Origin: Pseudomonadota bacterium
GTDB taxonomy: Bacteria > Bdellovibrionota > Bdellovibrionia > Bdellovibrionales > Bdellovibrionaceae
Direction: 5' to 3'
Assembly (NCBI GenBank): GCA_041178425.1
Contig: JBEGVH010000009.1
Location: 192,001 to 256,000 of the forward strand
DNA length: 64,000 bases
The notes below the pieces were generated by a model. It was not told the origin of the DNA, did no database searches, and saw only the letters and a program-made list of their open reading frames with translations. Positions 62,160 through 64,000 of the stretch are shown in pieces; the first letter of the stretch is position 1, and every line of letters begins with the position of its first letter. A program made the translations under genes and the position numbers.

Positions 62160-63422
62160 ATGAAACAAAAGCGTTGCCTCCTATGGTTTACAAAAGATCT
62201 TCGCATTCATGATAACCAACTCATCAATTGGGCTGTAAACGCTAATTGTGAGGTTCTGGCGATCGGGTTTGCATCGACCGAGAAATCGGTTTTTGCCAAC
62301 AACTTTTATAATCAATCCCTCCTTGAGTTGAGGGATCGATTCCGCAACCAGGGCGTTCCCTTCTTTATTTTAGACGGTTCGCCAATCGACCAAATTCCCC
62401 AGTGGGTCGCAAACAATCACATTGATTATCTGGTTACCCAAGCTCCTTTTAACTCGAGGGAGCAGGTTACCTTAAACGGTTTAACAAGTCGCCTTGATCA
62501 AATTCAGGTCATTTCAATTTATCAACAAACGCTTTTAGACTTTGAACATCTGCCCTTCAGTGTTGCAGAACTTCCTTTAGTCTTTACTGATTTTCGAAAA
62601 GACGTCGAAAGGCAACCTCCAATCCAATCGCCCAAGCCTTCCGAGCTACATTCGCTACAGGGATTCGAAGCCTTAAAGCCGAACGACTCGTTAATTTATG
62701 ACGAAGTTATTAATCCTCCGCAAATCGAATGGCCCTTTGATCTTATTCCAGGAGAAGAGAGCGCCTTAAAAAGAGTGCATGAGTACTTTTGGGAAACTCA
62801 ATCCATCTCAACCTACAAAGAAACTCGCAATGGCCTCCTCAATAAAAATGATTCTTCAAAAATCTCTCCTTACTTAGCTTTGGGAGCTCTCTCCCCTCGA
62901 TTGCTTTTTTATGAGCTTAAAAAGTTCGAAGAAATACACGGAGCCAATGAATCAACTCGATGGTTTTTCTATGAGCTTTTATGGCGTGATTATTTTAAAT
63001 TTCTTGCTTTAGAAATTGGGCCAAAGCTTTTTTCTCCCAACGGCTTGAGCACCCCAACCAAAACATGGCTCAGCGATACTGAGATTTTAAACTCATGGAA
63101 AAACGGCGAAACAAAGGTGAATTTTGTTGATGCCAATATGCGAGAGTTAAAGCTCACCGGATGGATGTCGAATCGAGGTCGACAAAATGTTGCTAGTTAC
63201 TTAGCAAAACACATCAATTTAGACTGGACTTTAGGAGCCAGACACTTCGAACAAAATTTAATCGACGATGACACCGAAAGCAACTGGGGCAATTGGCTCT
63301 ATTTGGCCGGAGTGGGAACAGACCCCAGGAATCGACATTTTAACATTCAACGCCAACAAGACTTGTACGATCCAAACGGCGATTACTGTAATAGATGGTT
63401 ACCTCCCGCGAGCCTTCGATGA
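62160..63422 (+). CDS. DASH-type cryptochrome/photolyase
   Basis: WFTKDLRIHDN, YKETRNGL, ELLWRDYF, TGWMSNRGRQNVAS, GVGTDPR. Confidence 0.92.
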   Translation: MKQKRCLLWFTKDLRIHDNQLINWAVNANCEVLAIGFASTEKSVFANNFYNQSLLELRDRFRNQGVPFFILDGSPIDQIPQWVANNHIDYLVTQAPFNSREQVTLNGLTSRLDQIQVISIYQQTLLDFEHLPFSVAELPLVFTDFRKDVERQPPIQSPKPSELHSLQGFEALKPNDSLIYDEVINPPQIEWPFDLIPGEESALKRVHEYFWETQSISTYKETRNGLLNKNDSSKISPYLALGALSPRLLFYELKKFEEIHGANESTRWFFYELLWRDYFKFLALEIGPKLFSPNGLSTPTKTWLSDTEILNSWKNGETKVNFVDANMRELKLTGWMSNRGRQNVASYLAKHINLDWTLGARHFEQNLIDDDTESNWGNWLYLAGVGTDPRNRHFNIQRQQDLYDPNGDYCNRWLPPASLR

Positions 63423-63527
63423 AGCCTCACCAAGGCCGAATTGGAAGATGAAAGAGACAAAATCCTGCCCCATTGTTTCTTTTTGAGATTATTGTGAGAT
63501 TCAAGATGAGATTGATCCATTTCTTTC

Positions 63528-63554
63528 TCAATCTATTCCGATAAATACCGATAA
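63528..63554 (+). promoter_or_regulatory. Sigma-28 (FliA)-like promoter with tandem -10 boxes
   Basis: TCAA-N15-ACCGATAA, plus a second TCCGATAA at 63537. Confidence 0.65.
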
Positions 63555-63568
63555 GATAAAGTGAGCAG

Positions 63569-64000
63569 TTGGGGGCTTTTATCTTAAGAACCGTGAGGGA
63601 ATTAAATTATCATTTTAGAGATGATGGGGCGATACCCATTACAGGGAATCGTTGGAATCGTTCTGTAAAAATAAACACAAAACGTTTAGTTTCTCATTCT
63701 GCTGGCGTATCTATTATCGAACTCATGCTCATGCTAGGGGTCATGGCGATCGTTTCCCTGGGTGTTGCTTCCATCTTCAACTTTGGCTTTGAAGGCCTTC
63801 GGCATATGCAAGGAGGTACTGAGACTTTATCGCTTGAACAATTGATCGAAAGAACGCTTGCTCGCCCCCCCCTCTGTTAGCGAAAAGCAAAGTAATATTT
63901 CTAGAGTTTGTCCCGTAGGTCTCAGGGATATAGGTAACTACAGCGGTACAAAAAAAGATTTAAATGGAATCTACGACGCTGGAGGATCAAATGTCGTTGC
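63569..64000 (+). pseudogene. Type IV pilin-like gene frameshifted at a C8 tract (phase-variable, pseudogene or sequencing error); runs off the window
   Basis: SAG|VSIIELMLMLGVMAIVSLG prepilin motif; TAG at 63878-63880; the +1 frame is open to 64000. Confidence 0.65.

Noticed and set aside
63484..63513. TGAGATT x3 as a CRISPR or iteron array
   Set aside because: Only 7-bp units at 11-12 bp spacing; better explained as half-sites of the palindromic motif

Overview
A 64 kb bacterial chromosomal segment with no rRNA, CRISPR array, transposase or phage structural genes. The likely source is a predatory Bdellovibrionota. This is an inference from atypical prepilins, an FQNC-type lipobox, a giant Ig-repeat lipoprotein, many orphan secreted proteins and FliA-like promoters. 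Core content: tRNA-fMet, yceD-rpmF-fabH-fabD-fabG-acpP-fabF (no plsX), 2-oxoacid:ferredoxin oxidoreductase alpha/beta plus glutaryl-CoA dehydrogenase, ftsH plus a rhomboid protease, fbaA, fadBA, an L,D-transpeptidase, an OPT transporter and a DASH cryptochrome. Most of the rest encodes secreted or surface proteins. Top candidates: (1) a signal-peptide-bearing 1105-aa fusion of a CCA/poly(A)-polymerase-type nucleotidyltransferase domain and a PARP-like ADP-ribosyltransferase domain, translationally coupled to a secreted HExxH peptidase; (2) a C-x-x-x-L tag shared by several unrelated secreted proteins, possibly a prey-delivery signal; (3) a degenerate GTCTCA-N3-TGAGAC palindrome and FliA-like promoters upstream of secreted-protein genes; (4) a pilin-like gene frameshifted at a C8 tract. 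All domain calls come from motif recognition by eye; no database searches were run.
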